DNA from: Dimorphilus gyrociliatus
Taxonomy: Eukaryota; Animalia; Annelida
Assembly (NCBI GenBank): GCA_904063045.1
Contig: CAJFCJ010000008.1
Span: forward strand, 930,001-994,000
Direction of reading: 5' to 3'
DNA: 64,000 bases
The translations under genes and the position numbers were made by a program. Of the stretch, positions 39,462-52,106 are shown one piece after another. The notes under the pieces are model-generated. The model saw only the letters and a list, made by a program, of their open reading frames with translations. It searched no databases and was not told the origin of the DNA. How positions within the stretch are numbered: position 1 is the stretch's first letter; the number at the start of each line of letters is the position of its first letter.

Positions 39462-42400
39462 ATGTTTCAAAGCATTGCAAGAATAATTCCTAAGTTTCTC
39501 AGAAGTGAAGGAAATAACGATAAAGATAAGCAGGGGAAATATTGCAGAGTTTGGTTGCTGGACGACACAGAAGTTAGATTTAATGTTAAGGTATTTCCCT
39601 TTCTTTGAAATTTACCGCCGCGCATAAGACGCTACTCTGTGAGAAAAGTTTTCGTGACTGTATAATTTGATTGCCCGTGGGAAATTTTCAATCTTTGTTA
39701 AATATGAATGTTTAAAACTCTCCGATTATGTATGTTTGTAACTTATTCACTTGTATACGATCATAAATTTAAAAATCGTTAATTAAAAATTTTATGTTTG
39801 TGTTTTTTTTTGTATTTCTAGCCAAATCATAAAGGCCAATCCGTACTATCTAAAGTTTTCAAACACCTTAATCTAGTCGAAAAGGAATATTTTGGTTTGA
39901 GATTCATTGACAATACAAATCAAGCCGTAAGTATTGTAATTACCTACGTGAAAATCTAGATAAGCTTGCTTTTCAATTCAATGCAACAGTTATTATAACC
40001 TTTTGACCTATCTTTATTACAGCAATGGCTAGATACATCCCGTGGCCTAGGTTCCCAATTCAAAGGTAGATATAAAATCAATTCCTCTGTGTTTTGTAGC
40101 AGACAAAGAAGGAATTTAAGAGTGTAGCTCAATTTAAAAGTCCAATTTGCCAAGGATACTTAAACTCCCACTAGATCAAAAGAAGCAATTGTAATTTTAA
40201 AAAAAAGAGCCCTATTCAAACAAATGCCTCTCTGGCTCGCTTTAACAAATAATTGTGTTTAACATGTTACTCTGGATAGTAAAAAAAAAAGGAAAAAATA
40301 ACAATAATATTTGATTATTTTACAGGACCACCGCCCTATACTTTTTATTTTGGTGTAAAATTCTACGCGGTTGATCCGTGTAAATTAAAGCAGGAAATAA
40401 CGAGGTAAGAGCAGTACGAAATTTAATTGAATTTCCTTTATTTGCAACTGCTGCATTAATTACTTTCAATATCAAATTAATTGATAAAGTATAACAATTT
40501 AAATTAACAGATATCAATTCTTCTTACAAGTTAAAAAGGATATTTTCCAAGGTCGTCTACCTGTTACTTTTGAAATGGCTGCAGAATGTTCAGCATTAGC
40601 TGTGCAATGTTTGTTTATTTTAATGATTTATTGGTACATAGATTTTTATAAAATTGATTTTCGACAGCTGAATTAGGAGATTTCGATCCTGCACGACATA
40701 CTCAAGGATACGTTTCCGAATTTCGCTTCGTGCCAAATCAAACTGAACAATTAGAAGCCAGAATAGCCTATTTGCATAAATTTTTAGTGTAAGCTTATCG
40801 AATATTATTCCAAAATACGATAAATTATAAATAATTTATACAATTACTTTTCAGTGGTAAAATACCAGAGGTTGCAGAATGTAAGTTTCTGGATAAAGTT
40901 AAATGGTTAGAAATGTATGGCGTTGACATGCATCATGTTATAGTAAGCTTTACTAATTTGTAAGAATATGATATATATCTTTATAATATTTACCATTGTA
41001 TAGGGCGACAACAAAGTCGATTATCTGTTGGGCTTAACACCCACTGGCATAGTGGTTTATAAAAATAAACAGAAAGTGGGAAATTACTACTGGTTCGTTT
41101 TTTATCTAAGAAATATAAATAAATACTGAAGATTGCTTGTTTTTTTCAGGCCCAGAATATCTAAAATATCGCACAGGAATACAAAATTTATTCTCAAAGT
41201 TCGAGATAAGAATGTAAGTACCACTTATATTTTTTTAAATTTATATATCAATAAACTATATATTTATTTTATTGATAGAATGATGAAAATACTCAAACTT
41301 ACGATTTAAACACAAAATCAGCATGTAAATATTTATATCGATGCAGCGTAGATCACCATGCTTTCTTCAGGTACCGTCTATTATACTGTTATATAAATAT
41401 ATCCCATACAATTTCAATTAAATTCATTAAAATGCTTTAGGCTGACAAGACGAGTGGACTTAGTGAATTCAACAAAAGCATCGAATTCAAAAAGATCCAG
41501 GTATACTTCAGTTTCTCTTTTTTGGAAGAAACTTTTTCGTTATAATTGAATTCCTTTTTTTTAATATTATTTTCATTTCATCAAATAGTCGCCGAGACAA
41601 TAATGATCCTCAAAAAGATAGATCACCGTCCCTTACCAGAACAGAACCCAATTTTGTGAGAACCCCAAGTAAACGACATCGAAGGCGTCGTTCCGATGGT
41701 GCTATGACAGATTGTTAGTTTAATTGTCAAATAATTGTTTTTTTTTATCATTATTTCTTTGCTTTAACAGTTTTAACAAGCTCAGCCCCCAATATAAATG
41801 AAATGTCACGTTCGTTAAAAAACTCAGGTCCATCTGCCGGAAGAATGTAAGTAAGATAATTCGCCGAACGAATTGTATTTAAATGTTTTATCTGTAAATC
41901 AGGGCTAACGGTCAAGCCGGTGATGTAATGTACCTTTCTGATTTGCCTGATTCACCTCGTTCTGGACGAAGTATGAAAAGTGCTAGGTCGTGGTCGGAAG
42001 CAACACAGCGACGGTTTGTTAATTATTTGTAACTGTTACTAACCATCTTTCCTTTATTAATTCTGTTTGGACTAATAACCTTTTGTAACCAAAAACATGC
42101 TTAAATTAACAGTATTGCTGGAGCTTGGCCCATGAGAAAGGATAGGTAAACTTTGCTTTTGTTATGATTGTATAGGTTAAACTCTTATTCAAGCACGCTT
42201 TTAAGGACATACCACATTTGTACTGTGCTAGCAAAGTGTATAGAAAATAAAAATATACTTTTTTCATTTACAGATCATTACAGTCAATACAATCTGAACC
42301 AGCCGGAGCACAGCGAAATCGTAGAAATCGACAAAGAAGTAGGTCTCCCGGTAGGAAACCACCTGAAGAACTGGCACAGCACTTTCGGTAAGTTTATTGA

Positions 42401-43745
42401 AAATTTAATTATAAAAGTGGTTTCATGAGTCTACTTAAAAAAAACCTTTTTTTTATCAGTTATGTTGAAATGGATACTGATGTGGCTAATCTTACCGAAG
42501 AACAAAAGCAAAAAATGATGGATATACCATATATTGAAGTAAAGTAAGTTAAAAAAAAAAATATATGTAAAGCTTGTAGTAGAATAATGAAAAAAACGAA
42601 AAAGAAAACTCAATGCAAGCTTATCCGCTATAAAAAGCGATTATGAAACTTTGAGTAATAGCAGTACTGGACTATCTTTTTTTATGCTGAAGATAATTAC
42701 ACATTTTCATGTTTCTGCCATAAATTACTCCTGATTCATCTGTTTTGGGGATAAAATAAAATTTACCTGAAATTCCTATATTTATTACAGAACAACCCGA
42801 CCTGCTCCAAGAGTTAATAACCGAACACGTCAACGTTATCGATCGCCTATGAGAAGTGAACGACGAGAATGGTAATTGGATTTTTTTTTATTTATTTTAA
42901 TCGAAAAATCTTAAATTTTCTATTTCTAAATTTAGCGACAGAGAATCAGTAAAATCGGGAGGGCGTCTCTACCCGCCGACAGTCGTCCATAACAATATAC
43001 CCGTTGAACCGCCGCCACCATATTCCCCACCCCATTCAGATCAAAGGTACAGCTGTCCACCCGCCTATTTCCCGCCAATACCACCCCCACCGATAATGGC
43101 CAGGTACTTGAATTAATCATCCAACAACCTTACATCCTGTAAATTATAATTTATTTAATTTGCTTTCATAGACCCGAACTGGAAGGTGCTATACATCCTC
43201 AACCTCGTTTACCTCGAGATTTTAGCAATCGACCTCATTCAAGGATCCCTAAATCGACAGGTTACGCTGAACAGGTAAGCCATATACAAATGTTGTTTTT
43301 GTAAACTTTCGCGATCAATTCTCGTAAATACTTTCGCTTTTATAAAGTTATTAAGAAAAACATATCATAATTTTGTAATTATACATGTAAAAAAAGAACA
43401 AAACATACTATAAATATATTTTCGTACGTTCTATACTTTATACAGTTTTTAGGTATGTACGGTGTGAAACATTTCCAACATTCGCGTTGGTTTTTTTTTT
43501 GTTGACACTAACGAGCTAAACGGAATGGATTTTTTTCACTCACAGTTTTTCTTTGTTCTTGTTTTTAAGTGTTATTATTATAATTATTATATATAGGGCT
43601 AAATGATCAATTTCAATAACTATTTAATTCTTTATCCCGCATATAGGTATCATCTAATTATCAAGCTCGCCACTCGAGATCTCGACAAAGAACAACAACG
43701 CCTCTGTCCAGATCGACCCGTAGTTCCCTCACAACACAAATATAG
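39462..43745 (+). CDS. EPB41L4A: Band 4.1-like FERM protein 4A, many short exons
   Basis: [58 protein letters not shown] motif. Last exon 43647-43745 is in frame. Confidence 0.93.
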
Positions 43746-43868
43746 CACGAAACTACTTTTTTTTTCGCAATATTTAATGTCCCTTAGTTCGTTCAGTCTA
43801 TACTGTATACTTTTTGACGACAGTTTTTTATTACGTACAAAAGAAAACAATGCTATTAGTTGAATTTT

Positions 43869-45716
43869 TCATACTTGTTCTTGAATGATCGATTCTGTTT
43901 GTATTATGGCACTTTTACAAGGCATTGGACTGCGCTTTTTAACCCTCATAACTTCGGGTTTACTGACATTCGTTACGTCACTTTCTAAGCCATCTACAAC
44001 CGGAAGTAACCCCTTGAACTCATCTTTTACAAACCAAACACCATTAGCTAACGGAAGTATTGAGAGAAATAAATCTGCTGCCGCGCAAAAACCGCTAACA
44101 TTCGAAGTGTTTATAAGTGACTGATGGGCAATAACCATATCCGGTTGTACATAAGTTGACCACCATCCGTTACAAAAATAATAATCAACTTTTGTTGGCG
44201 GTTTTATGACCCTGAATCGCTCGGGTACGCATTTAGTGACAGCATACATCAATAAAATGACTATAAGCAGTGAAAGACTAAGAAGGCAGTTGGCTGTAAA
44301 GAACCAATGGCTGTGAATTTTTCTGTAAGCGGTTGTAATTAATAATGGCCAGAAGATGACTCCCATATCGTAAGCTAGACTTATTATCCTTACCGCCTTT
44401 TCGTCCATCTGAACATAACGACCAATCCACGTGTTAACTTTGTGATAAGCAGTTGCTATTAATACAGCATTGCCGGTAAATGACAACCATATTGAAAGTC
44501 TAGAATATTGTAGAATTATAGGCAATACAGAGAAAGTCATTCCCAAGATATTGGAAGTAATTAAACGACGCGGTAGATTGTTTTCAGTAAGTGTAAAGGA
44601 GAATAACAATCTTGTTAAACCGTACAATCCATAAACAGTTGATAGTAGATAAAGACTATCGGATAAATCCCAACCTTTCTCACCAACTAAATAGGGAACT
44701 ATAAGGCACGTATGGCCGATTTCCTTACCACACAGGAAAAACACGAAAGCCGTTGAAAGGACTTTTAACGTTTTTCCGTGTATTGTATTATCAGCAAGTG
44801 AAATGCTTTTAAACTTTGGTTTATCTAGTAATTTAGAGAACTTTTTAGATCCAATGAAATATAGTAAAGTACCGATTATAACGACACAGATTATATAGAC
44901 GCTAACCATGCCATGAGTGACTGAAATAGCCGAAATGTATCTATATTCCATTATAGTCTCATTTGTACCATTAATTTCTGTTGTAGATGTGGTAGTTACG
45001 ACAATTGTCTTTGGTTCGACTGGCTTACTTGCCTTATTAACAACCCATGCACTTTCTCCCAAAAGGGGACGAATTAGTTGAATACCAACTGCGGCACTTA
45101 TACAGTATAGAATCTGTATTAATTGTAAATAACGAAAAGAAAATTCTCTCCATAAGTGAATGTGGAATGCTAAACAAATAGAACTTGCCATACTCAATGC
45201 ACTTCCCTGGAAGAAAATGATTAAAACAGCATGGTTTATATTGGATAGCTGAGGAAGTAAAATGGTACAAATTGCTAAAACCAGGAGAGCAGTAACAAAT
45301 ATTTTTTCATTTAACTTTGTATTTCCAATCTGTAGATATTTATTTATAACATAACCTCCGAAAAAAGCTCCTATGGCCCTTAAAATCAGTAAATACGGAA
45401 TGTCATCCCTTGTTGTATGAAATAATTTTTCAAACTCCATCAAAGAGCATAATAACAGAATATTACACAACGATAATCCAATTACCGACGACCATAGTAA
45501 GAACATATATTTAAAACGCCATAATTTTAGATTAAACACTCTCCAATTTCTGCCTTTCGCAGTTTTTAAGTCGTCCTTTTTTGTTTGCAAACAGGATTCA
45601 ATTTCTAATTGTTTATCACAATTTGAAACGTGAACTTGGTCAATAACCTGTGGGATACTATCATCGTTTTCAGTCAATCGGAAACCAGTAGATTTCGTAA
45701 CATTATCAGCAGTCAT
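43869..45716 (-). CDS. Intronless major facilitator superfamily transporter, MFSD4/NaGLT1-like
   Basis: 615-codon ORF with about 12 hydrophobic segments in two blocks. RAIGAFFGG and FQGSAL..HLW..YLQLIQILY..PLL resemble the MFSD4 family. Confidence 0.8.
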   Translation of the reverse strand: MTADNVTKSTGFRLTENDDSIPQVIDQVHVSNCDKQLEIESCLQTKKDDLKTAKGRNWRVFNLKLWRFKYMFLLWSSVIGLSLCNILLLCSLMEFEKLFHTTRDDIPYLLILRAIGAFFGGYVINKYLQIGNTKLNEKIFVTALLVLAICTILLPQLSNINHAVLIIFFQGSALSMASSICLAFHIHLWREFSFRYLQLIQILYCISAAVGIQLIRPLLGESAWVVNKASKPVEPKTIVVTTTSTTEINGTNETIMEYRYISAISVTHGMVSVYIICVVIIGTLLYFIGSKKFSKLLDKPKFKSISLADNTIHGKTLKVLSTAFVFFLCGKEIGHTCLIVPYLVGEKGWDLSDSLYLLSTVYGLYGLTRLLFSFTLTENNLPRRLITSNILGMTFSVLPIILQYSRLSIWLSFTGNAVLIATAYHKVNTWIGRYVQMDEKAVRIISLAYDMGVIFWPLLITTAYRKIHSHWFFTANCLLSLSLLIVILLMYAVTKCVPERFRVIKPPTKVDYYFCNGWWSTYVQPDMVIAHQSLINTSNVSGFCAAADLFLSILPLANGVWFVKDEFKGLLPVVDGLESDVTNVSKPEVMRVKKRSPMPCKSAIIQTESIIQEQV

Positions 45717-45806
45717 GTTTTTATTTAATTCAACTTTTAGTTTGTTTATTAATTTTTTAAAAATTTGAGTTGTTTGTTTGTTAAGAATATACTGTAAATA
45801 CTAATT

Positions 45807-45808
<2 letters not shown>

Positions 45809-45852
<44 letters not shown>
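45809..45852. repeat. (TA)22 microsatellite
   Basis: Seen directly. Confidence 0.95.
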
Positions 45853-45853
<1 letters not shown>

Positions 45854-45880
45854 TCTATATACTATAGAAAGTAGAAAATT

Positions 45881-46551
45881 TTATAAGAGGTATCTTACAA
45901 GAGATGGAATGAAATATAGTAACATAATTGTCTTAAATCTAACTCCACGACAACGCAGAGCATCAGAAGTGTTGTAGGAACAATGTTGAAAAGACGAATA
46001 GAAATTTCCTTTAATCTCGCATATTAAATGTAGACTCTTCTCTCCGCACTGTTTCTTAATGTCTTCAAAGCATTCAGTTAGATTATAAAAATGCATTTTT
46101 GTGAATCTATGTTAGAAAGATGGAAATATATAACTTTTATTTAACAAAAAGTGCATATTTGATTAAACTTACGGGCAATTTGCTTCTTTGTAGGTTGATA
46201 TTGTACGTTTTCTTCTCTTTCCAATATCCTTGTTTAATTGCTTAGTCAGATCATAACCAACCTTCATTAACAATTTATTCCAGCATCCGACAACGGCATC
46301 TTTTCCTCCATCCTCGCATATACTACTAGCTGTAGATGAGAGTTTTATAGGTTCTTGTTTTGCTTTTGGACGAGGTTCTCTACTTTTTGTTTTAATAAGT
46401 GATTATAGGGCTATTTCTAGCCTCTATTTTCTTTTAGGAGAAAGGGTCGAAAAGATAGTGGTAAGATGATATAATAGGGAAAGTTTTACTTACCGTAACA
46501 TGCAATCGAGTAAATGAGGATAGACGGAACTGTCACCGAAACAACATTCAT
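45881..46551 (-). CDS. Putative small secreted, Cys-rich, possibly GPI-anchored protein (about 160-180 aa, 3 exons); first junction unresolved
   Basis: Exon 1 46551-46494 encodes hydrophobic MNVVSVTVPSILIYSIACY and ends at a GTAAGT donor. Exon 2 is open from 46393 to 46173 and ends at GTAAGT. A 66-nt intron joins it in frame to 46106-45881, which ends in a hydrophobic tail. Confidence 0.6.
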
Positions 46552-46620
46552 TGTGTTCTAATTACGCAAACATAGACGTCTGCGCAGAGATTTAGCGAAA
46601 GGGAAATGTCGCGAGTTGGC

Positions 46621-46634
46621 GTCACTATGGAAAC
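46621..46634. promoter_or_regulatory. RFX X-box-like motif GTCACTATGGAAAC
   Basis: Matches GTHNYYATRRNAAC 70 nt upstream of the small gene ATG. About one chance hit per window is expected, so position is the only support. Confidence 0.35.
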
Positions 46635-46766
46635 GCTACGCATTAATTATGTCTTACAGCTTTATTAGGAAAAAATTTCATAACTTTTTTTAAGCAACTA
46701 GATCCATATTTAAATATTTATATAGCTTTATATATAAGTATATACTTTATATATTTTCTGCTTCCT

Positions 46767-49700
46767 TTAAATGATAGTTGATGGAGATATTTCTGATGAA
46801 TAACCGGAACTCAAAGAAGAATATTGACTAGGTGAGGTAACGTTCCGGAAAAATTTCTCCGTTTGCCGCCGTTCACTATCAGCAATAACGGGCAGTGTCA
46901 AATAATTCGGAGGCATAATTAACTTATCGGAGGGTACAACTTTTTCAAGACTATAGGCCCACTTTTCAAAAATATAACTGTCTCTCTCACAATCAATTTC
47001 TAATTCACGTCCATATTGTAATTGGAAGACAAAGGTAGCAGGGTTGCCGTGAGGTCCCAAATTCAAAAAGCATGTTAGTAGATCCTCATTGAACTTGATG
47101 GAACCTTTAAAACGATATTTCCTATCGTCCGGCCTACTTGCGAATATTAAAGCATTATGGAATAGGAACACAGTTCTATAAGTTTTATGAACAACATCGG
47201 GCTGTTTTGAATTCGTTTCTTTCTGGTGGATTTTGAATAGACGAGGTTTAATCAAGCATTTACTGAATAGAAGAATATCCCTGACTTCCCCAATATTTTC
47301 ACGTCTTTTCGAGAAAGGCAACGACACTTTTTTCGTTACTTCTACGACATCGTTCACGCAATCCGAATCATTTATTAGGCTTACTTCGTCGGATAGAGTC
47401 CTAACAGCCAATTTCATAGCTTCAAACTCTTCGCTATCCTTTGGCATGTTATTCAATATACGCTGTAGATGGCGACACTTCTTAACATTTATTTTTTATA
47501 CAAATCAGAGAATAATTAATAATTATACTAAAGGAACAAACTAAATTTTTTATAGCAAATTACGAATGCCACCTAGTGCATAGATTTCAAATTGTACTTA
47601 AACTAACCTCAAAATTCGTTACATATTGACCAAATCGAGAAAAGGGCGAACATAAATAGGCGCTCAAGCTCTTTAATTTACCACCTTTAAGAAAGAATGA
47701 AAAGATTTAGATATTTATCGAGTATCTAGTAGGGATTAGTAAATTATTAATGGCCTACAAAAGAAAGCAATTTGTCCTTACCAGACATAACAAATTCCAT
47801 TTGAGTTGGACCATAGCGATTTCGGCAAAAATCAGTAAAAAACTCATGATCTTCCATTTTTTCAATAAGTTCTCGATTTTTAACGTAATTTCTACAATAA
47901 CGTTGATAAATACCAAAGTTCGAAGCCTAAAAATAGTATAGAAAACACACAATATAAGAAAAGAAATTTTTGGGCGTCTCCATTAAAATAATAAATTTAT
48001 ATATCAAAATATATTAATAAAACGAACTAACGATATTATAAAGGTGAAACGCGAGATTACTCAAATTCAAGCTATTTTCTTCAAAGACTTTTAGAACTTT
48101 GCTAAATTATAAAAGAAAGAACAAATAAGAAGATATAACATATATATATATAATATTTATGTGTCATTAATTAAATAAAGCAATACTAACGTTTCATGAA
48201 ATTCCAATAATTCTTCCCAATTTGAGAATATATTATACTTATTGTTAATTAACTCTTTCGGTACAGATCTTAGTTGAGTTTGTATATTTTCTATATAACG
48301 TTTTTTAACTGTTTGTAACTCGGCAACGTATTTCTTTTCTGATTCTATTAATTCGGTAATAGATTTTTGTAATGTTGTTAATTTATTACCAAATTCATCG
48401 AATTCTTTCAAATGTAATTCTCTTGGTATTAATTCTATTGTTGAAGGTAAAAGATTCCTTATTTTATCTTTCTTATCCCTTTTCCTTTTCCCGTCGTTCG
48501 AATGTCTATTAACTTTCCATTCGGCTTCGATTTTTGCGTGATTAATTAGATTGCCAATATCCATTTTAACTTGCCCTAATTCAGCGTAATATTTCCTCAA
48601 GATCTTTTTAAAATCTTCTAATTTACTGATTAGACCCGAATCAACCGTTAAATCGTTAGATTCCAACACTTTAGAATGTTCTTGGCAGAATTTATCTCGA
48701 CGGCCAATCAGTGATTCGACATCTTGCAGGATGCGGCATAATCCTTTGGTATCCTTCGTTAATAGTTCTGGTACTGTTTTTAAGAAGGCTGCAAATGATT
48801 TTTCTAATGGTTCTGCACTGGCAAGGCATAATTTAACCTGTACAGTCTGCTCGTATCGTTTTGAATAAGTTGAATGCTGAGCAATGACTCGAGACCTTAG
48901 TTCTTGTAAATTTTCGTGTTTAGTCGATTTTTCCTCCAGTTTTTTCGATTCATTTTCGCAGTGTTCAATTTGACTGATGCACTCCTAAACAAATTATAAA
49001 AATAGATAAATATGTTATATATATATATAAAGTAAGCGTGTATAAGAGCCGAATAAGGGAGAGAGAGAAAGAGAAATCATAAAAAAAGACGAAAATTTTA
49101 CATCGATCAACAACTCTTCGAAAAATTACATTATTTATCGCAGAAACAATTCGTTATGGCGACGGCAATAAACAAAAGTTTACTTTCTACTCTATCATAA
49201 ACTGAGTAACAGTAATTTTCTACGGGGGCGTTACTATGCAACGTAAAACGTATCGACGGGGCGTCTTTTTTAAAATTAATTATAGTACAAACGTTAAATT
49301 ATAATAGGCTTCTTTTTTTTGAATAGATTTTGTCCTATGAATAGTCTAGTTTGAATTTGTATATAAAATTCTTTGGGGCAGCTGTTACCCTGTACAACCA
49401 TTGAAAGAATTGGATTGGTTTGGTTCTAAAAAAATGAATATATATTTTTATTATTCTAGTATATAATAATAACAAAGAGAAAAAACTACGCATATATACA
49501 TATTCTAATATATATATATATACTGTATATATATATATATATATATATGTTCCTCTTTTTATGATGTGTCATAAATATTAATAATATAATAGAAAAAGGT
49601 TAACTATTGAAATTTAAAGGTATTTTTCAATCCCCTAAATACTCACCAATGAAATACTAGGTCTTAAAGCTTTTAATCCTTCGTTTTCCGTAGGCCTTTC

Positions 49701-50390
49701 TTCACTTGATTTTACATTGAATAAAGAGCTTCGTCTAACTAACGAAGGCCTAATTGGACAATGAATTTTTTCGACTTTATTTTCCGTCGAAGGAGTTAAT
49801 TTACAAATATCTTCCAAAGGACCATCGAACTCTTTTGGAAGAACCAAAGGTTTCGGTCTCTTTCTAATATCCTCTTTTCTCCAATTATCAACAGGTTTTG
49901 AGGGTAAAATATTATCTAATATATTGGCAACTTTAATGAAAGAAGTCGAATATCGTTTATGATTTGCATTCTTCATTTAAGTCAATTTATTTGCGCGGTT
50001 AATCAGTATATATACACAGTCCGTAATTTTGTATATATAAGTATATATACATAAATACATTATACTGATATAGACATGTATATGTATATATACATTTGAA
50101 TAAAAACGTCTAATCCAAAGGCGTCTCTATCCAATAAATCGTTGCTGCTACTACGATATAAAATGAAAAAATATTCGCGCCGCTTTTAGAAATCTATAAT
50201 TATGCACACCCGCATTCTCCATCGTTCGATAGCCCTATTATCACTCGGTAAAAGAGAATTTTATAACTATAGTAGTTTAGTTAAAAAATAAGAACAAAAC
50301 CTTTAATTAATTACTTAAAATAGTATTATAGATTTAATGAAAGGCCATAAAATTTGGACGATTGTGTACCTTTTAAATTAACCTATCATT

Positions 50391-50432
<42 letters not shown>

Positions 50433-52106
50433 CTCTTTTTCGTTTAGTACTTGTACCAGTAGAAGGGATTTTTTTCATGGTAGATCGATATGAAATCAAT
50501 AATTTTCGGATTAAAAGTATCCGACAAGATGTTCGTATAAAAAAGATATAACTTAATCTTTTGTATAAATTTAAAATGCTCCTCTTTAGACGGTAAAATG
50601 AAGAGAACTATTATTTTCTTGTTCTTTTATTTTACCTTATATTTATCCTTTATCGAATTATATTCTTCTTCAATATTTAGGTCATCGACTTGCAATTGTT
50701 CAAAGTCTTTAATCAGAACGACCACCTGTATAGTAAAAAGAGAGAAAAAAAACAGCAAACGATTAGGCCTATTTAGCAGCAATTTGTAGGCTGGAAAAAA
50801 AGAATTAGGTTTTAAAATAAAGCGCCATCTAATGCGTAAAGTGATAAATAAAGTTTCTTTTTTTTTTTTTATTAGAAATGTTGACTAACTTGTTCGTATA
50901 GAATTATCCATTTCTGACGTTGTAAATTGTTTTGCAAGCTTTTGCGATTTGTGTCGCAAATATTCAGGAATTGTTTGTTATCTTCTCGTATTTTTGCATT
51001 ATAACTGAAAGAGAAACAAAAAATGTACAATGATATAAAATACTAATTAATATTAATAGTTGTTGCGATGAAAGAAGAAGAAGAAGAAGAAGAAAGGCTA
51101 CCTGTCTATATGATTAGAGATAATCGATAAATATGGTGGATTATCTTTACTTTTTTGTATATTTTTAACAAAATTAATTGAATTTCCATCCAATTTTTCA
51201 TATTTCATTTTAATTCTTTCAATAAACTGTTCAAAATCATTTAAACCTTTTTCAATAAAATCAGGATTTATAAGATTCAACCATTTTAGAACGAATTGTT
51301 GATAATTTTTAATTTCCTCTTCAATTTCCGAAATTTCTAATCGAATTTTATTCATAAACTGAATATTTTGAATACTTTTAACAATTTTATCAATAAAACG
51401 TTTATTATTAATTATTTTTTTTAATTATTTACCTTTAAACAATCAATCCAAATGTAGAAATCATATTTTATATTTCCTTTATACTCAATAGTTAAGTTTT
51501 CTTTACAAATGAACTTTTGTAATTGATCCGTATTGTCAAGTTTATGTATATTAATAGCATTTGATCTTTCTAAATTTGAATTTGATAACTTTTGAAAGAA
51601 TCCTATAGGTTTTATAATAAGAACCATATTGATTAATTCTGAATTTGTAATCTGAATTTATAGATAGATATATAGTTAAATAGACAAATAAAATATATAA
51701 ACATTATGGTTAACAATTTAAACCTACAATAGATTCTTTAATAAATTCCCTAACATGCGCCCATTTTGAATTTCTTCGGTCTAATACAATAGTAAATGTT
51801 TCAACATTGCAATTCTCAAAAGAGTATCTACGAGAAATGAATGACGATTGAAACAAAAAATAGAATCTAATATACATATTTATAAAATAACAATGATTTT
51901 ATAACTTACTTTAAAGTTGTTGTCATAAATTTTAACAAGTATTTAAATTCATTACGATTGATTATTTGCTTATTATCGGGGATAACAAGTATAGGTAAGC
52001 CATTTTTTGAAATACCACCGTATAGATAAGCGTACTTATTTGTCTTTAATTTTCTAAGGAAATCTCCATACTCCATCTCATTAATGGGACTTTTAACAGT
52101 TGCCAT
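46767..52106 (-). CDS. Divergent Dbl-family RhoGEF (CRAL-TRIO/SEC14 - spectrin-like - DH - PH; MCF2L/puratrophin-like)
   Basis: GGISKNGLPILVIP, FTIVLDRRNSKW, LIIKP..F (SEC14-like). ELIESEKKYV..NIFSNWEELLEFH (DH). RTVFLFHNALIF (PH). At least 11 exons joined in frame by hand. Confidence 0.85.
49647..49976 (-). CDS. Alternative first exon (110 codons) of the RhoGEF
   Basis: ATG-started ORF ending at TTG|GTGAGT in phase 0, compatible with the phase-0 acceptor at 48984. No good acceptor seen upstream of the ATG. Confidence 0.7.

Noticed and set aside
43869-45716. MFS gene nested in an EPB41L4A intron
   Set aside because: EPB41L4A has an in-frame terminal exon ending at 43745, so the genes are convergent, not nested.
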